NCBI GenBank assembly: GCA_041556195.1
Contig: JBFFIY010000005.1
Span: 1 to 62,679 of the forward strand
Direction: 5' to 3'
Source: Enterobacterales bacterium
Lineage (GTDB): Bacteria > Pseudomonadota > Gammaproteobacteria > Enterobacterales > GCA-002770795
Length of the DNA: 62,679 nucleotides
A program made the translations under genes and the position numbers. Under the pieces are notes generated by a model. It did no database searches and was not told the DNA's origin. It saw only the letters and a list, made by a program, of their open reading frames with translations. Below are positions 42,634 to 53,691 of the stretch, one piece after another; positions within the stretch are counted from its first letter, which is position 1; each line of letters begins with the position of its first letter.

Positions 42634-44133
42634 ATGGAATTTAGTATAAAAAGCGGCAGTGTAGAAAAACAACGTACTGCATGCCTGGTCATTGGGGTTT
42701 ATGAATCCAGAAAGTTGACCCATGTCGGTGAACAAGTTGATGCTATTTCTGATGGCTATATAGGCAATCTTCTGCGAAGGGGAGACATGGAGGGTAAATT
42801 AAAGCAGATTTTATTGTTACATCATGTCCCTAATACCCTGGCAGATCGAGTTTTACTGATAGGTTGTGGTAAAGAAAGAGAACTCACTGAAACCCAATAT
42901 CAGACCATCATCAAAAAAGTTGTCACCACACTCAATGAAACCGGCTCGATGGATGCCACCTGTTATCTCACCGAACTCAAAGTAAAAGGTCGAGATACCT
43001 ACTGGAAAATACGCCTGGCTGTTGAAACCGCTCATCAAAGCCTTTATACCTTCGATCGTTTTAAAAGCCAGAAAAGTGAGGCTAGACGTCCCTTACGGCG
43101 ATTTGTTTTTAATGTTGCAAGCCGTAAAGAACTGCCAACTGGTGAAAAAGCAGTTGTAGATGGAAACGCTATTGCCTCAGGGTGCTCAGAAACTAAAAAC
43201 CTTGCTAATTCTCCTGGTAATTTCTGCACACCAGCTTACCTTGCTATTCGTGCTGGTGAATTATCTGATGAATTCGAGAAAATTCGAACCACCATTATTA
43301 GTGAAAAAGAACTGGAAGAAATGGGTGCCGGAGCATTTATATCTGTATCCAGGGGATCTGATATTGAAGGTAATTTCACCATTATGGAATATGATGGTGG
43401 AACACAAGGTTCCAAACCCGTTGTTCTGATCGGAAAAGGTATCACCTTTGATACGGGAGGTATTTCGCTAAAACCTGGTGCAAACATGGATGAAATGAAG
43501 TATGACATGGGAGGAGCCGCCAGCGTATTTGGCACCATGCGTGCAATCGCTGAAATGAATTTACCCTTAAATGTTGTAGCAATTATCGCCACTGCTGAAA
43601 ATATGCCGAGTGGAAAAGCTACCCGACCCGGCGATATTGTCACTACCCTTTCAGGTCAAACTGTAGAAATTCTTAATACTGATGCAGAAGGTCGACTAGT
43701 ACTTTGTGATGCCATCACCTATGCTGAAAAATATGACCCCGATGTTGTTATTGATATTGCGACACTAACGGGCGCTGTGATTATTGCACTTGGCCACCAT
43801 ACTTCTGGTTTATTTAGTAATCATAACCCTCTCGCCCACGAATTATTAACAGCCAGTGAAAAATCTAATGATAAAGCGTGGCGGTTACCACTTTGGGATG
43901 AATATGCCGACCAGTTAGACAGCAATTTCGCTGATTTTAGTAATCTTGGTGGCCGCCCCGCTGCTTCAATAACTGCAGGATTGTTTTTATCCAAATTTGC
44001 CCGTAAATACCACTGGGCTCACTTGGACATAGCCGGAACGGCCTGGAAGAGTGGTAAAGCCAAGGGAGCGACTGGAAGACCTGTTCCTTTGCTAACTCAA
44101 TTTCTTATGGATAAAGCAGCCAAAACAAGCTAG
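42634..44133 (+). CDS. pepA: Leucyl aminopeptidase
   Basis: M17 family. The N-terminus MEFSIKSGS matches E. coli PepA. Has the NTDAEGRL motif. The ORF track opens 12 nt earlier at a TTG. Confidence 0.95.
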   Translation: MEFSIKSGSVEKQRTACLVIGVYESRKLTHVGEQVDAISDGYIGNLLRRGDMEGKLKQILLLHHVPNTLADRVLLIGCGKERELTETQYQTIIKKVVTTLNETGSMDATCYLTELKVKGRDTYWKIRLAVETAHQSLYTFDRFKSQKSEARRPLRRFVFNVASRKELPTGEKAVVDGNAIASGCSETKNLANSPGNFCTPAYLAIRAGELSDEFEKIRTTIISEKELEEMGAGAFISVSRGSDIEGNFTIMEYDGGTQGSKPVVLIGKGITFDTGGISLKPGANMDEMKYDMGGAASVFGTMRAIAEMNLPLNVVAIIATAENMPSGKATRPGDIVTTLSGQTVEILNTDAEGRLVLCDAITYAEKYDPDVVIDIATLTGAVIIALGHHTSGLFSNHNPLAHELLTASEKSNDKAWRLPLWDEYADQLDSNFADFSNLGGRPAASITAGLFLSKFARKYHWAHLDIAGTAWKSGKAKGATGRPVPLLTQFLMDKAAKTS

Positions 44134-44198
44134 CAAAATATTGAATAGAATTGATTCTTTCTACAGTTAAATTAACCGCTTAAATTCGGGGCATTCTT

Positions 44199-44675
44199 AT
44201 GCATAGCCCATCCAGGAACCTGACAATTACTTTTTTTAACCAACAAGCTGAATCAACAAACAGCTTGTTGGTTAAATTGGTCACTGATAAATACCGTCAG
44301 GGACAAAGGGTTTTTGTTCTTTGCCAGGATAAAAAACAGATGATGGAACTAGATGAAGTTTTATGGCAACTTGATCCTGATAGCTTTTTAGCTCATGCTA
44401 CAATTGACGAACCTGCTTCTAACAAAGCCCCCATCGTTCTTGCTAACTCAGAACCTGATGATCAACCATTTAAAGATAATCAACTTTCTAAAATTGGTCG
44501 ATTTGCCTGTTGGTTTAATTTAACAGAACAAGCCTTATCACCAATACCTGCTACATCAGAAGTCATCGAATTTGTACCGATAGATGAAGCCGCCAAACAA
44601 TTGGCTCGTGATCGCTTCAAAACCTATTGCCAATTGGGCATTAAACCCTCATTTAATGATTTATCTGCTGTATAA
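44199..44675 (+). CDS. holC: DNA polymerase III chi subunit
   Basis: 158 aa with a chi-like sequence (RVFVLCQDKKQMMELDEVLW, EFVPIDEAAKQLARDRFKTY). Shows pepA-holC-valS synteny. Confidence 0.85.
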   Translation: MHSPSRNLTITFFNQQAESTNSLLVKLVTDKYRQGQRVFVLCQDKKQMMELDEVLWQLDPDSFLAHATIDEPASNKAPIVLANSEPDDQPFKDNQLSKIGRFACWFNLTEQALSPIPATSEVIEFVPIDEAAKQLARDRFKTYCQLGIKPSFNDLSAV

Positions 44676-44815
44676 TGTGTACTTATATAATAAAGGCCTT
44701 TCCATTATATGGGATACTCAATTTACCTTTAGTTTTCTGGTACTCTTTGAATGGCTAGGTACTTTCAAATACAAGTTAGAACTGTATTTTATTTCCTTAA
44801 TTCGGCCTTCACCTT

Positions 44816-45340
44816 ATGAAGAATGATTCTAACAATTCAAAACCAGGAATAACTAATTCTTCAACTGCAATTGAACAGTTCAAGCACATTAAGCAAGTAT
44901 TGGAAAGCTCTTCCAGTTCCAATAAAACTAAATCGAATACAGTGTTGAATGAAGCCGGAGATATTCCGTTATTAGATGAAATTATACAAACCAGTAACGA
45001 CTCTGGTGAATATGCCGATATCCCAGTTTTGGCCGATCTTATTAGCCAACCAAATGTTGAATTAAATTTGTTAGCCACACAAAGTTGGCAGGCATACAAT
45101 AGTCTCTTGCTGCAATGGTCAAATGACCTTCCTGAACCGATGAGATCATTATCGCAACAATTTTTAACAGGATTTGCCTCTAAACTTGAATCTAATTGGG
45201 AAGCCCTTTTTAACCAATTAGTCAGAGAGCAAAGCTCTGACTTTGTAAAAGAGCAAAAAGAACAATCAATAGAACAGACAACAAAAAATTGGCATCAATT
45301 ACTTAAATATCTCACTAATAACGATTCATCTTACAAATAA
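44816..45340 (+). CDS. Hypothetical protein (S/N/Q-rich, no recognised domain)
   Basis: 174-aa ORF filling the holC-valS gap. The composition is coding-like. I recognise no family. Confidence 0.5.
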   Translation: MKNDSNNSKPGITNSSTAIEQFKHIKQVLESSSSSNKTKSNTVLNEAGDIPLLDEIIQTSNDSGEYADIPVLADLISQPNVELNLLATQSWQAYNSLLLQWSNDLPEPMRSLSQQFLTGFASKLESNWEALFNQLVREQSSDFVKEQKEQSIEQTTKNWHQLLKYLTNNDSSYK

Positions 45341-45353
45341 AGAATTAGGAACA

Positions 45354-48188
45354 ATGGATAAAACATACCAACCCGAAAAACTTGAGCAAAGCTGTTACCA
45401 AAACTGGGAACAAAAAGGTTATTTTAAACCAACAGGTGAAGGCAATCCATATTGCATTATGATCCCGCCACCAAATGTAACCGGCAGTCTTCATATGGGG
45501 CATGCTTTTCAAGATACCATTATGGACACTCTCATTCGTTACCACCGCATGAAAGGTGATAATACCCTATGGCAGGTTGGAACAGATCACGCAGGCATTG
45601 CCACACAAATGGTGGTTGAACGATTATTGGCTGCTGAAGGAAAAAGCCGTAAGGACATGAGTCGAGAACAGTTTCTCAAACGCGTCTGGGAATGGAAAGC
45701 TGAATCAGGCGGAACTATCACTGAACAATTACGCCGTATGGGCTCAAGTATCGACTGGAGCCGTGAAAGGTTCACCATGGATGAAGGACTCTCTGAAGCT
45801 GTACACGAAGTTTTTGTACGATTGTATGAAGAAGAACTGATTTATCGAGGTAAACGACTGGTCAATTGGGATCCTAAACTACACACAGCAATCTCCGATC
45901 TTGAAGTAGAGAGCATAGATAAAAAAGGCTTCATGTGGCACTTTCGCTATCCATTAGCTGATGGGGCGCTTACCTCGGAAGGCAAAAATTATATTGTGGT
46001 AGCCACCACCCGGCCAGAAACCATGTTGGGTGATAGCGCCGTAGCGGTTAATCCTGATGATGATCGTTATCAGGCACTTATTGGTAAAGAAATTATTCTA
46101 CCTCTGGTTAACCGTCGCATACCTATTATTAAAGATCATTATGTCGATGCAGAGTTTGGAACAGGCTGTGTAAAGATCACCCCTGCTCATGATTTTAATG
46201 ATTATGAAGTTGGAAAAAGAAACAATTTACCCATGTTCAACATACTCTCAACAGATGCCTCTATTTTGGTAGAAGCCGAAGTTTATAACGCCGATGGCAC
46301 TCCAAATACTCAATTAAACAATCATTTGCCTGAAAATTATCAAGGGTTAGATAGATTCAAAGCAAGAACACAGATCATAGAAGAATTTAAGTCTTTAGAT
46401 CTGCTTGAAAAAGTAGATGATCACGCACTTAAAGTTCCTTACGGTGATCGCTCTGGTGTAGCCATTGAGCCACTACTTACCGATCAGTGGTATGTTGCTA
46501 TAGAGTCTTTAGCCAAACCTGCGATTGAAGCCGTTGAAAATGGCTCCATCGAATTTGTTCCTAAACAATGGGAAAACACCTATTTTGCCTGGATGAAAGA
46601 TATCAAAGACTGGTGTATTTCAAGACAACTCTGGTGGGGACATCGTATTCCAGCCTGGTATGATCCCCAGGGTAAAGTTTATGTGGGTCGATGCGAAGAT
46701 GAAGTTCGAAAAAAGCACGGTCTTTCACCGGATGTAAACCTGTCTCAAGATGAAGATGTACTCGATACCTGGTTTAGTTCCGCCCTTTGGACTTTTTCGA
46801 CCTTAGGCTGGCCGGAACAGACTAAAGAACTCAAAACTTTTCATCCTACTGAGGTGTTAGTTACAGGGTTCGACATTATCTTTTTCTGGGTTGCCCGAAT
46901 GATTATGATGACCTTAAAATTCACTGGCGAAGTTCCTTTCAAAAAAGTCTATATTCACGGATTAGTGAGGGATGCTGAAGGACAAAAAATGTCCAAATCT
47001 AAAGGCAATGTTTTAGATCCTTTGAATATTATTGATGGTATTGAATTAGAAGATCTGGTAACTCAAAGAACCCAGGGATTAATGCAACCTAAACTTGCAG
47101 AAAAGATTGAAAAGCAGACCAGAAAACATTTCCCTGATGGTATTAATGCCTATGGTACAGACGCTCTGAGATTTACCTTCATGTCTCTGGCAACCACCGG
47201 GCGTGATATCCAGTTTGATATCAGCAGACTGGAGGGATATAGAAACTTTTGTAATAAAATCTGGAACGCGGCACGTTATGTTCGAATGAATACCGAGGAA
47301 CATGCCAATGATTTAAATGATGGAGCGATGGAACTCAGTGTCGCCGATCGCTGGATACTTTCCAGGCTTAATCATTGTATTTCAGAGTACCAACAACATA
47401 TTGAAAATTTCCGTTTTGATTTGGCCGCTCAAGCACTCTATGATTTTACCTGGCATCAATACTGTGACTGGTACCTGGAGTTAAGTAAACCTGTACTTTA
47501 TGACAAAAATGCCACAGAAGCAGCCTTACGTGGCACTCGAAATACACTTGTTAATGTGCTTGAGCAATTACTAAGATTACTTCATCCTATGATCCCATTT
47601 ATCACTGAAGAGATCTGGAAATCTGTTGCCCTGTTAAAACAAATTGATGCAGAAAGCATCATGCTTCAACCATTGCCAGAAGTGAATAAGCAAACCGATG
47701 ATAAAATTGCCGAACAAGATATTGAATGGTTACAAGCCATTACTCTTGCGGTTAGAAATATTCGTGGAGAAATGAATATAGCGCCAGGAAAACCTATTCC
47801 TGCACTATTTAGAAATGCAGATCACAATGATTGTAAGCGACTTGAATCTCACAAAAAACTGCTATTTTCTTTGGTTAAATTAATGTCTATTCAAATTCTG
47901 CCTGAAAACGAAAAAGCACCTATGTCAGCGACCGGACTTGCTGGTAAAATGGAAGTATTAATTCCCATGGCAGGACTGATTGATAAAGAAGCAGAACTCA
48001 ACCGACTCAATAAAGAAATCACCAGGATCCAGGGAGATATGAAAAGAACTGAAGGGAAACTTTCAAATGAAAGTTTTGTTGCCAAAGCACCTGTCGCAGT
48101 GGTTGAAAAAGAGAAATCAAAATTGGCCGAGTTTGACGAGGCGTTAACTAAACTTCAACAGCAGCATGATGAGATCTCGATCTTGTAA
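45354..48188 (+). CDS. valS: Valine--tRNA ligase
   Basis: 944 aa with HIGH ([12 protein letters not shown]), KMSKS and a C-terminal coiled coil. Confidence 0.98.
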   Translation: MDKTYQPEKLEQSCYQNWEQKGYFKPTGEGNPYCIMIPPPNVTGSLHMGHAFQDTIMDTLIRYHRMKGDNTLWQVGTDHAGIATQMVVERLLAAEGKSRKDMSREQFLKRVWEWKAESGGTITEQLRRMGSSIDWSRERFTMDEGLSEAVHEVFVRLYEEELIYRGKRLVNWDPKLHTAISDLEVESIDKKGFMWHFRYPLADGALTSEGKNYIVVATTRPETMLGDSAVAVNPDDDRYQALIGKEIILPLVNRRIPIIKDHYVDAEFGTGCVKITPAHDFNDYEVGKRNNLPMFNILSTDASILVEAEVYNADGTPNTQLNNHLPENYQGLDRFKARTQIIEEFKSLDLLEKVDDHALKVPYGDRSGVAIEPLLTDQWYVAIESLAKPAIEAVENGSIEFVPKQWENTYFAWMKDIKDWCISRQLWWGHRIPAWYDPQGKVYVGRCEDEVRKKHGLSPDVNLSQDEDVLDTWFSSALWTFSTLGWPEQTKELKTFHPTEVLVTGFDIIFFWVARMIMMTLKFTGEVPFKKVYIHGLVRDAEGQKMSKSKGNVLDPLNIIDGIELEDLVTQRTQGLMQPKLAEKIEKQTRKHFPDGINAYGTDALRFTFMSLATTGRDIQFDISRLEGYRNFCNKIWNAARYVRMNTEEHANDLNDGAMELSVADRWILSRLNHCISEYQQHIENFRFDLAAQALYDFTWHQYCDWYLELSKPVLYDKNATEAALRGTRNTLVNVLEQLLRLLHPMIPFITEEIWKSVALLKQIDAESIMLQPLPEVNKQTDDKIAEQDIEWLQAITLAVRNIRGEMNIAPGKPIPALFRNADHNDCKRLESHKKLLFSLVKLMSIQILPENEKAPMSATGLAGKMEVLIPMAGLIDKEAELNRLNKEITRIQGDMKRTEGKLSNESFVAKAPVAVVEKEKSKLAEFDEALTKLQQQHDEISIL

Positions 48189-48193
48189 AAATT

Positions 48194-48268
48194 GTAACTA
48201 TTCAGCTAACCTCTAAAATTTGTCAGCTGAACAGTTACAGGCAATTCGATAATTCACTGAATAGTTGC
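48194..48268. repeat. Family-A repeat, truncated or collapsed copy 3 (inverted relative to copies 1 and 2)
   Basis: gtaactattcagctaacctctaaaatttgtcagctgaacagttac is a hairpin, followed by a second cactgaatagttgc end. It starts 6 nt after the valS stop and lies between convergent genes. Confidence 0.7.
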
Positions 48269-48353
48269 AATTATTTTTATTATTCAAAGGCTTACTCTTT
48301 TTAACTTTTTAAAAGGAGTAAGCATGTGTTTACCAGGCATTAGAAATCAGAAA

Positions 48354-48782
48354 TTAAAACGCATCTCCATTAACCACTGTACATTGATGATTGACGCAAC
48401 CAAATAGAGGTTCAGGGATCACCTCACAGGTACTCATTCTTCCACTTTTAATATTCTCTTTACGCTGCATAGCTTGATGAGTTTTGGCCAACTCTAATAA
48501 TTTGTCTTTTTGCGGATTTAACTGACTGTAAACCTCATAGCCAGCAGGCCCGCCACAGGCCCGATGACCAATCTCCAACAAACCACAATCTGACTTGACT
48601 TTGCACTGGTTATCTGACGAAAGTTGTTGGATCTGGTTAAAAACTGCAGCCAGCCTATCCCCCTTAGTATCTATTGAAGCATGTTTACTTTCAATTTTTT
48701 GTTGCTCTCCTGCAACAGAAGGTGTTACTTGTGAACAGCCGAATAACCAGATAAAAGAAATTGCTAACATAATATTTTTCAT
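48354..48782 (-). CDS. Cys-rich lipoprotein, hypothetical
   Basis: 142 aa with a lipobox (LFGC) and six further Cys residues. Confidence 0.6.
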   Translation of the reverse strand: MKNIMLAISFIWLFGCSQVTPSVAGEQQKIESKHASIDTKGDRLAAVFNQIQQLSSDNQCKVKSDCGLLEIGHRACGGPAGYEVYSQLNPQKDKLLELAKTHQAMQRKENIKSGRMSTCEVIPEPLFGCVNHQCTVVNGDAF

Positions 48783-48986
48783 AATTATAACCCTTTGGAG
48801 TGAAAACTCTGATAGCTTACTCTGTCATTGTCGTATACTCGACGAAAGTAGCAGTTTGTGATTTTATTAATATATTATTACTCCGCTAAAAGTTCAATAA
48901 CAATCAAGCTTTGCCAGTTAATTGTTCATCTCAGGCTAAAGTTGACTTAGATCAATTTTATATCTTCTAAAAGCTGATAATTGTTA

Positions 48987-49025
48987 AGATCTTGGTGAGA
49001 TCTTGGTGAGATCTTAGTGAGATCT
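48987..49025. repeat. 11-bp tandem repeat (AGATCTTGGTG x 3.5) carrying four phased GATC/AGATCT sites
   Basis: agatcttggtg agatcttggtg agatcttagtg agatct. It lies 138 bp upstream of the hybrid kinase start and about 205 bp upstream of the divergent lipoprotein gene. Confidence 0.9.
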
Positions 49026-49162
49026 ACACTTTTTTGGGAAAGCTATGATTTAAATATGATAGTTCATTTTCCATAAATGCCTCAAACTTGTTTGTGTATG
49101 CCAGATAAACTTTACGTTTAAAGCAGTAAGACTGTTATCTAAAGTCAACCTGCCTGGCAAGG

Positions 49163-52100
49163 ATGCCTATGAAAAACAACCTTAAAAAATTATCCATTGT
49201 CGGAGCCAGGATGTCCGCTCTGCTTGGGCTTATAGTCTTATTCGGTTGGTATACTCATAATGAAATACTCATACAATTTTCTCCATCTTTTGTTCCCATG
49301 CAATACAACACCGCTCTTGGGTTTTTATTATGTGGTTTAGGTATATTTTTTATTGATAGAAAAAATCATAATATTGGGGTCGCTTGTGGCTCCTTAGTTT
49401 TGTTACTGGGATTGTTAACACTACTAGAGTACATATTGGGTTTAGAATTTGGCATAGATCAGTTTTTGATGGAACACTATCTCGCAGCTAATACATCCCA
49501 CCCCGGCAGAATGCCCGCCAATACAGCACTTTGTTTTTCATTAGCTGGAATTGCCCTGATTCTCGTCAGCATTAATAAAGTCCCTAAAAACCACTCTCTA
49601 TTAATTGGCATTTCAGGTTCCTTAATTCTGGGAATAGCCATTATTGCACTATCCAGTTATATGGTTAGACTTAAAACAGATCACGGATGGAATGAACTAA
49701 CATTCATGGCCATCCATACGGCCCTTGGTTTTATCATTCTTGGTATTACCATTTTAGCAATTGCATGGTTACAAGAGCTAAAAACACTTTCTCACTTACC
49801 TTCCTGGCTTCCTATACTAATTGGTATTGGTGTAATGACCATTATAATCAGCTTATGGCAAGCTCAGGAGTCTCATAAAGCCTATGAAGTTAAGTCCATA
49901 CAAAACCATAACTCTTCAGGTGAGCAGAGTCTCATCAACCAGGCACTGTTAATGGCGGGAATCATTTTCTCATTAGCTATTGCATTAACAACCTATCTGG
50001 CCCAATCGGCAAGAAGTCGCGCACAAGAATTATTATTAGCAAAAGATAAACTTGAATCTGAAATTCATGAACGCAAACGTATTGAACATGCTCTGCGTTT
50101 AAGTGAAGAACAATTTAGATTAGCCATTTCTCTTGCTCCCGCTCCTACCATGCTCCATGCTGAAGATGGTGAAATCATTCAAATAAACAAAATATGGACT
50201 GAAATAACGGGCTACGACCCCAATGACATTCCTACTTTGAAAGATTGGACAGCAAAAGCTTATGGTGAAGAGATGGATAATATGTGTGAATATATTGAAT
50301 CTATCTTTGATCGCAATACAAAAGATCATGATGGTGAGTTTCAGGTACGTACAAAATCAGGGGAATACAGACATTGGGATTTTGCATCAAGCCCCTTAAG
50401 TCAACTCCCTGACGGACGTCGGTTAATCATCAGTATGGCCACGGATATAACCGAACGTAAATTAGCCGAAGAAACCATTCATGAAAATACAGAACGTCTT
50501 AGAGCTATCTATGATCAATCTAACGATGCCATTTTATTATTAGATTTTGAGAACGAAAAAATTATTGATTTTAATCAAATGGCGGTTACTTTACTGGGGT
50601 ACCCACCTAATGAGTTAGTCGGCCTTTCTATTAAAGATATCCATCCCTATGATATGGATAGATTTCAACATTTTGCTTCATCTATCCTGGAGCATGGTAC
50701 AGGTAGCACAGAAGAACTAACTTGTCTTACTAAAGAGAGAAGCTATATTCCTGTCGAAATTTCAGCCTCTCCCATACAAATTAAAGGTAAAGTTTATCTG
50801 CTCGCTCTGGTTCGAGATATTTCAAAACGAAATCAAGTATTACAAGCTCTTCGCGATAGTCAGGAAAACCTGCAAACAATACTTAATTCTTTAGGGGACG
50901 CTGTTATTGCAACAGATACCCATGGCAATGTGACACAAATAAATCCAATAGCACAACATCTTACTGGATGGAGATTAGATGAAGTAAAAGGAAAAAAATT
51001 ATCTCTTGTATTTAAAATCATCAATAGAGAAACACGAAAAATAGTTGAAAGTCCCGTGGATAGAGTACTGCTAACTGGAAAAAGCCTTGAACTAGCCAAC
51101 CATATTATCCTTATTGCTAAAGATGGCACTGAACATCTAATCTCCGATACTGCTGCACTCATTGCTGACGACAAGGGAAATGTATCTGGCGTGGTACTCG
51201 TTTTCAGGGATGTAACTGAACAATATCAGCTTGAAGAAGAATTACTCAAAACAAGAAAGCTTAAATCCGTTGGTGTATTGGCTGGAGGGATAGCTCATAA
51301 TTTCAATAATATCTTCACTGGCTTATTTGGTAATATTGAATTGGCCAAAATGAAGCTTCCAGAAAATCATCCAGTCTACCATCACCTGGAAATAGCCAAC
51401 CAGGAGTTAGATAGAGCTAAAAATCTTACTAACCAACTGCTCACATTTGCTAAAGGTGGAGAACCTCTTTTAGAAGTTATAGATTTTAGCAATCTACTTC
51501 AAGACTCCATTAAGTTTAATTTAACGGGAAGTAGTGTAAAACCACATTTTGATATCTCGGATAATTTGTGGCATATCAAAGCTGACAAAGGACAACTTGC
51601 CCAAGTTCTGGCCAATCTTGTACTCAATACCAAACAGGCTATGACCTCCAGTGGCAATGTCTACATAACGGCCAAAAACGTAGAAAAACATAACGAACTT
51701 TTATCCCATGATTTTTCAGGTAAATATGTCAAATTTATAATTCGAGATGAAGGGTGTGGCATAAAACCAGCCGATTTAGAAAAAATATTTGATCCCTACT
51801 TTACCACCAAAGAAAATGGCAGTGGTCTGGGTCTTGCAACGGTTCATAGCATTATAAAAAAGCACAGTGGCCATATAAGGGTTAATTCCAAATATGGAGT
51901 TGGCACAACTTTTTCGTTTTATCTACCTGCAAACATTCCATCTGACTTGAATTTACCAACCCCCACCAGCAACTCAAAGACAAAGACACCCTTAGTTTCT
52001 GGATATATTCTGGTAATGGATGATGACGACATGGTCAGAGATTTAACCAGCGAAATGCTCATTTCACTTGGTTACAATGTTGATACAGCTATTAATGGAG

Positions 52101-52378
52101 AAGAAGCTATAAATAAATATATTCATTCACAAAAATTAGAAAATCCATTTGACATCATCATCATGGATTTAACCATTCCCGGTGGTATGGGTGGTAAAAA
52201 AGCCATTGAAAAAATTCTTGAAATAAATGATAGGGCAAAAGTGATAGTCTCTAGCGGCTACTCAATTGATCCGGTCATGGCCAACTACCAAAGTTATGGT
52301 TTTAAAGGACGAATTGCAAAGCCTTTTAAAAGAGAGGAAATCAGTCAGGAATTAGCAAGAGTCATAAATCTTGCATAA
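49163..52378 (+). CDS. Hybrid sensor histidine kinase / response regulator (multi-TM N-terminal domain, three PAS domains, HisKA-HATPase, REC)
   Basis: 1071 aa with about 8 N-terminal TM segments and PAS repeats. The H-box is GIAHNFNNIFTG, the G-boxes are DEGCGI and GSGLGLA, and the C-terminal receiver has MDLTIPGGMGG. Confidence 0.9.
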   Translation: MPMKNNLKKLSIVGARMSALLGLIVLFGWYTHNEILIQFSPSFVPMQYNTALGFLLCGLGIFFIDRKNHNIGVACGSLVLLLGLLTLLEYILGLEFGIDQFLMEHYLAANTSHPGRMPANTALCFSLAGIALILVSINKVPKNHSLLIGISGSLILGIAIIALSSYMVRLKTDHGWNELTFMAIHTALGFIILGITILAIAWLQELKTLSHLPSWLPILIGIGVMTIIISLWQAQESHKAYEVKSIQNHNSSGEQSLINQALLMAGIIFSLAIALTTYLAQSARSRAQELLLAKDKLESEIHERKRIEHALRLSEEQFRLAISLAPAPTMLHAEDGEIIQINKIWTEITGYDPNDIPTLKDWTAKAYGEEMDNMCEYIESIFDRNTKDHDGEFQVRTKSGEYRHWDFASSPLSQLPDGRRLIISMATDITERKLAEETIHENTERLRAIYDQSNDAILLLDFENEKIIDFNQMAVTLLGYPPNELVGLSIKDIHPYDMDRFQHFASSILEHGTGSTEELTCLTKERSYIPVEISASPIQIKGKVYLLALVRDISKRNQVLQALRDSQENLQTILNSLGDAVIATDTHGNVTQINPIAQHLTGWRLDEVKGKKLSLVFKIINRETRKIVESPVDRVLLTGKSLELANHIILIAKDGTEHLISDTAALIADDKGNVSGVVLVFRDVTEQYQLEEELLKTRKLKSVGVLAGGIAHNFNNIFTGLFGNIELAKMKLPENHPVYHHLEIANQELDRAKNLTNQLLTFAKGGEPLLEVIDFSNLLQDSIKFNLTGSSVKPHFDISDNLWHIKADKGQLAQVLANLVLNTKQAMTSSGNVYITAKNVEKHNELLSHDFSGKYVKFIIRDEGCGIKPADLEKIFDPYFTTKENGSGLGLATVHSIIKKHSGHIRVNSKYGVGTTFSFYLPANIPSDLNLPTPTSNSKTKTPLVSGYILVMDDDDMVRDLTSEMLISLGYNVDTAINGEEAINKYIHSQKLENPFDIIIMDLTIPGGMGGKKAIEKILEINDRAKVIVSSGYSIDPVMANYQSYGFKGRIAKPFKREEISQELARVINLA

Positions 52379-52472
52379 CATTTCAATATCCCCACTAAAG
52401 CTAAAACCAGAAGTCCTTCTTAACAGTTAAATTAGAATTAAAGCTGTCAAAAAATTATCAAATAAAAAGTTA

Positions 52473-52489
52473 CTTAAGTTTCCCTTAAT
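52473..52489 (+). promoter_or_regulatory. PmrA/BasR-type direct-repeat box (CTTAAG-tttcc-CTTAAT)
   Basis: Hexamer-N5-hexamer direct repeat. A -10-like TAAACT follows 11 nt downstream (52501-52506). Confidence 0.5.
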
Positions 52490-52542
52490 AAACTTTATTC
52501 TAAACTTGAGTAACATCCATTACCGCTGGGAGCTATAAACTA

Positions 52543-52700
52543 GTGAGTTCATTGGCCAAACCTATTAGTGACAACAAGTTTTATCGTGAGTTAACTCACT
52601 GTTTTGAAACGACTTTCCCTGAATTGTCTGAATTTATTAAACGACGATATCAAGAGAAAAACTCATTCCAATTCCGGTCATTTGTTCCAAATGCAATATG
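52543..52700 (+). pseudogene. Decayed 5' fragment paralogous to the thermostable-hemolysin-family gene at 53752
   Basis: A 52-codon GTG ORF (..SDNKFYRELTHCFETTFPELSEFIKRRYQEKNSFQFRSFVPNAI*). It aligns without gaps to residues about 11-54 of the 233-aa protein (HSNKLSCELTHCSQNGFEQISNFISQKYMEVHQAKLTHFLDWQL). 12 of the 34 positions from ELTHC onward are identical. Confidence 0.6.
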
Positions 52701-52763
52701 AAAGACAGATATGGTCTGAAAGAAACTTTAACCGTTGCTAAAAATATTATAACAGGATAAAAA

Positions 52764-53528
52764 ATGTCAACTTTGAAACCTCAAACACCGCCAGCTCAAA
52801 TCTATTTTGTGTGGGAACTCCCGGTCAGAATATTTCATTGGCTTAATGTGCTTTGTATCATTGGGCTTGCGGCTTTGGGTATCGTTTTACTAAACAATAA
52901 AGCGCTTGGAATAAGCTTGGAAGGAAAGATTTTAATAAAAACTATTCATGTTTACATTGGATATTTTTTTATCATTAATCTATTAATGAGATTTGTCTGG
53001 TGTTTTTTCTCAAACAAATATTCCAGTTTATCTGGAATTACACCTTTCACAAAACAGTATTTTTCATCCTTAAAAACATATTTGGTATCCATAAAATCCA
53101 AAGTTCCAAAACAATACCTGGGTCACAATCCCTTAGGAAAGTTAATGATTACCTTTCTTTTTTTTATGCTGTCGCTACAAGCAACCACAGGTTTGATTTT
53201 AGCTGGAACCGATCTCTACATGCCACCTTTTGGTGAAAAAATAGCTGAATTTCTCGTTATTAAAAACACCGATCAAAAACCCGTGCTTAAGTTAGTTAAA
53301 GCAGGCTCTAAAGACAACATTGATCCTACAAAATATAAAGAAATGAGAGCCTACCGAAAACCAGTGATTTCAACTCACGTTTATGGATTTTATATTTTAT
53401 TGGGTGCCATTTTTATCCATATTTTAGCGGTAATTATTGCCAACCGTCGTGAAAATACAGGGTTAATCTCAGCCATATTCACCGGAAAAAAGTCTTTTAC
53501 TTCAAAACCTGTAGATATCGATGATTAA
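52764..53528 (+). CDS. Cytochrome b561 / Ni-Fe-hydrogenase-type b-cytochrome family membrane protein
   Basis: 254 aa with 4 TM segments. His residues sit in conserved positions (RIFHWLN, KTIHVY, GHNPLGK, FIHILAV). Confidence 0.8.
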   Translation: MSTLKPQTPPAQIYFVWELPVRIFHWLNVLCIIGLAALGIVLLNNKALGISLEGKILIKTIHVYIGYFFIINLLMRFVWCFFSNKYSSLSGITPFTKQYFSSLKTYLVSIKSKVPKQYLGHNPLGKLMITFLFFMLSLQATTGLILAGTDLYMPPFGEKIAEFLVIKNTDQKPVLKLVKAGSKDNIDPTKYKEMRAYRKPVISTHVYGFYILLGAIFIHILAVIIANRRENTGLISAIFTGKKSFTSKPVDIDD

Positions 53529-53581
53529 GATCAGTATTCAGCTGATAAAACGACTTCAAGACGCTTTAATTCAAGGCTGAA

Positions 53582-53672
53582 ATTCTAAATAACCTCAACT
53601 CGGGATAAGACAGGTCAACCAATTATATGACTAGATGACCTATTTTATCCCGAGTAATTACAATTATTTAGA
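53582..53672. repeat. Family-B short variant (hairpin element), probably also the terminator of the cytochrome b gene
   Basis: ttctaaataa-cctcaactcgggataagacaggtca...tgacctattttatcccgag...ttatttagaa. It shares the AACCTCAACTCGGGATAAG terminus with 37485-37715. Confidence 0.7.
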
Positions 53673-53674
53673 AA

Positions 53675-53691
53675 CCTTAAGTCAACCTTAA
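53675..53691 (+). promoter_or_regulatory. PmrA/BasR-type direct-repeat box (CTTAAG-tcaac-CTTAAG)
   Basis: Perfect hexamer-N5-hexamer direct repeat. A -10-like TATAGT follows 11 nt downstream (53703-53708). The ATG lies 61 nt downstream. Confidence 0.55.
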
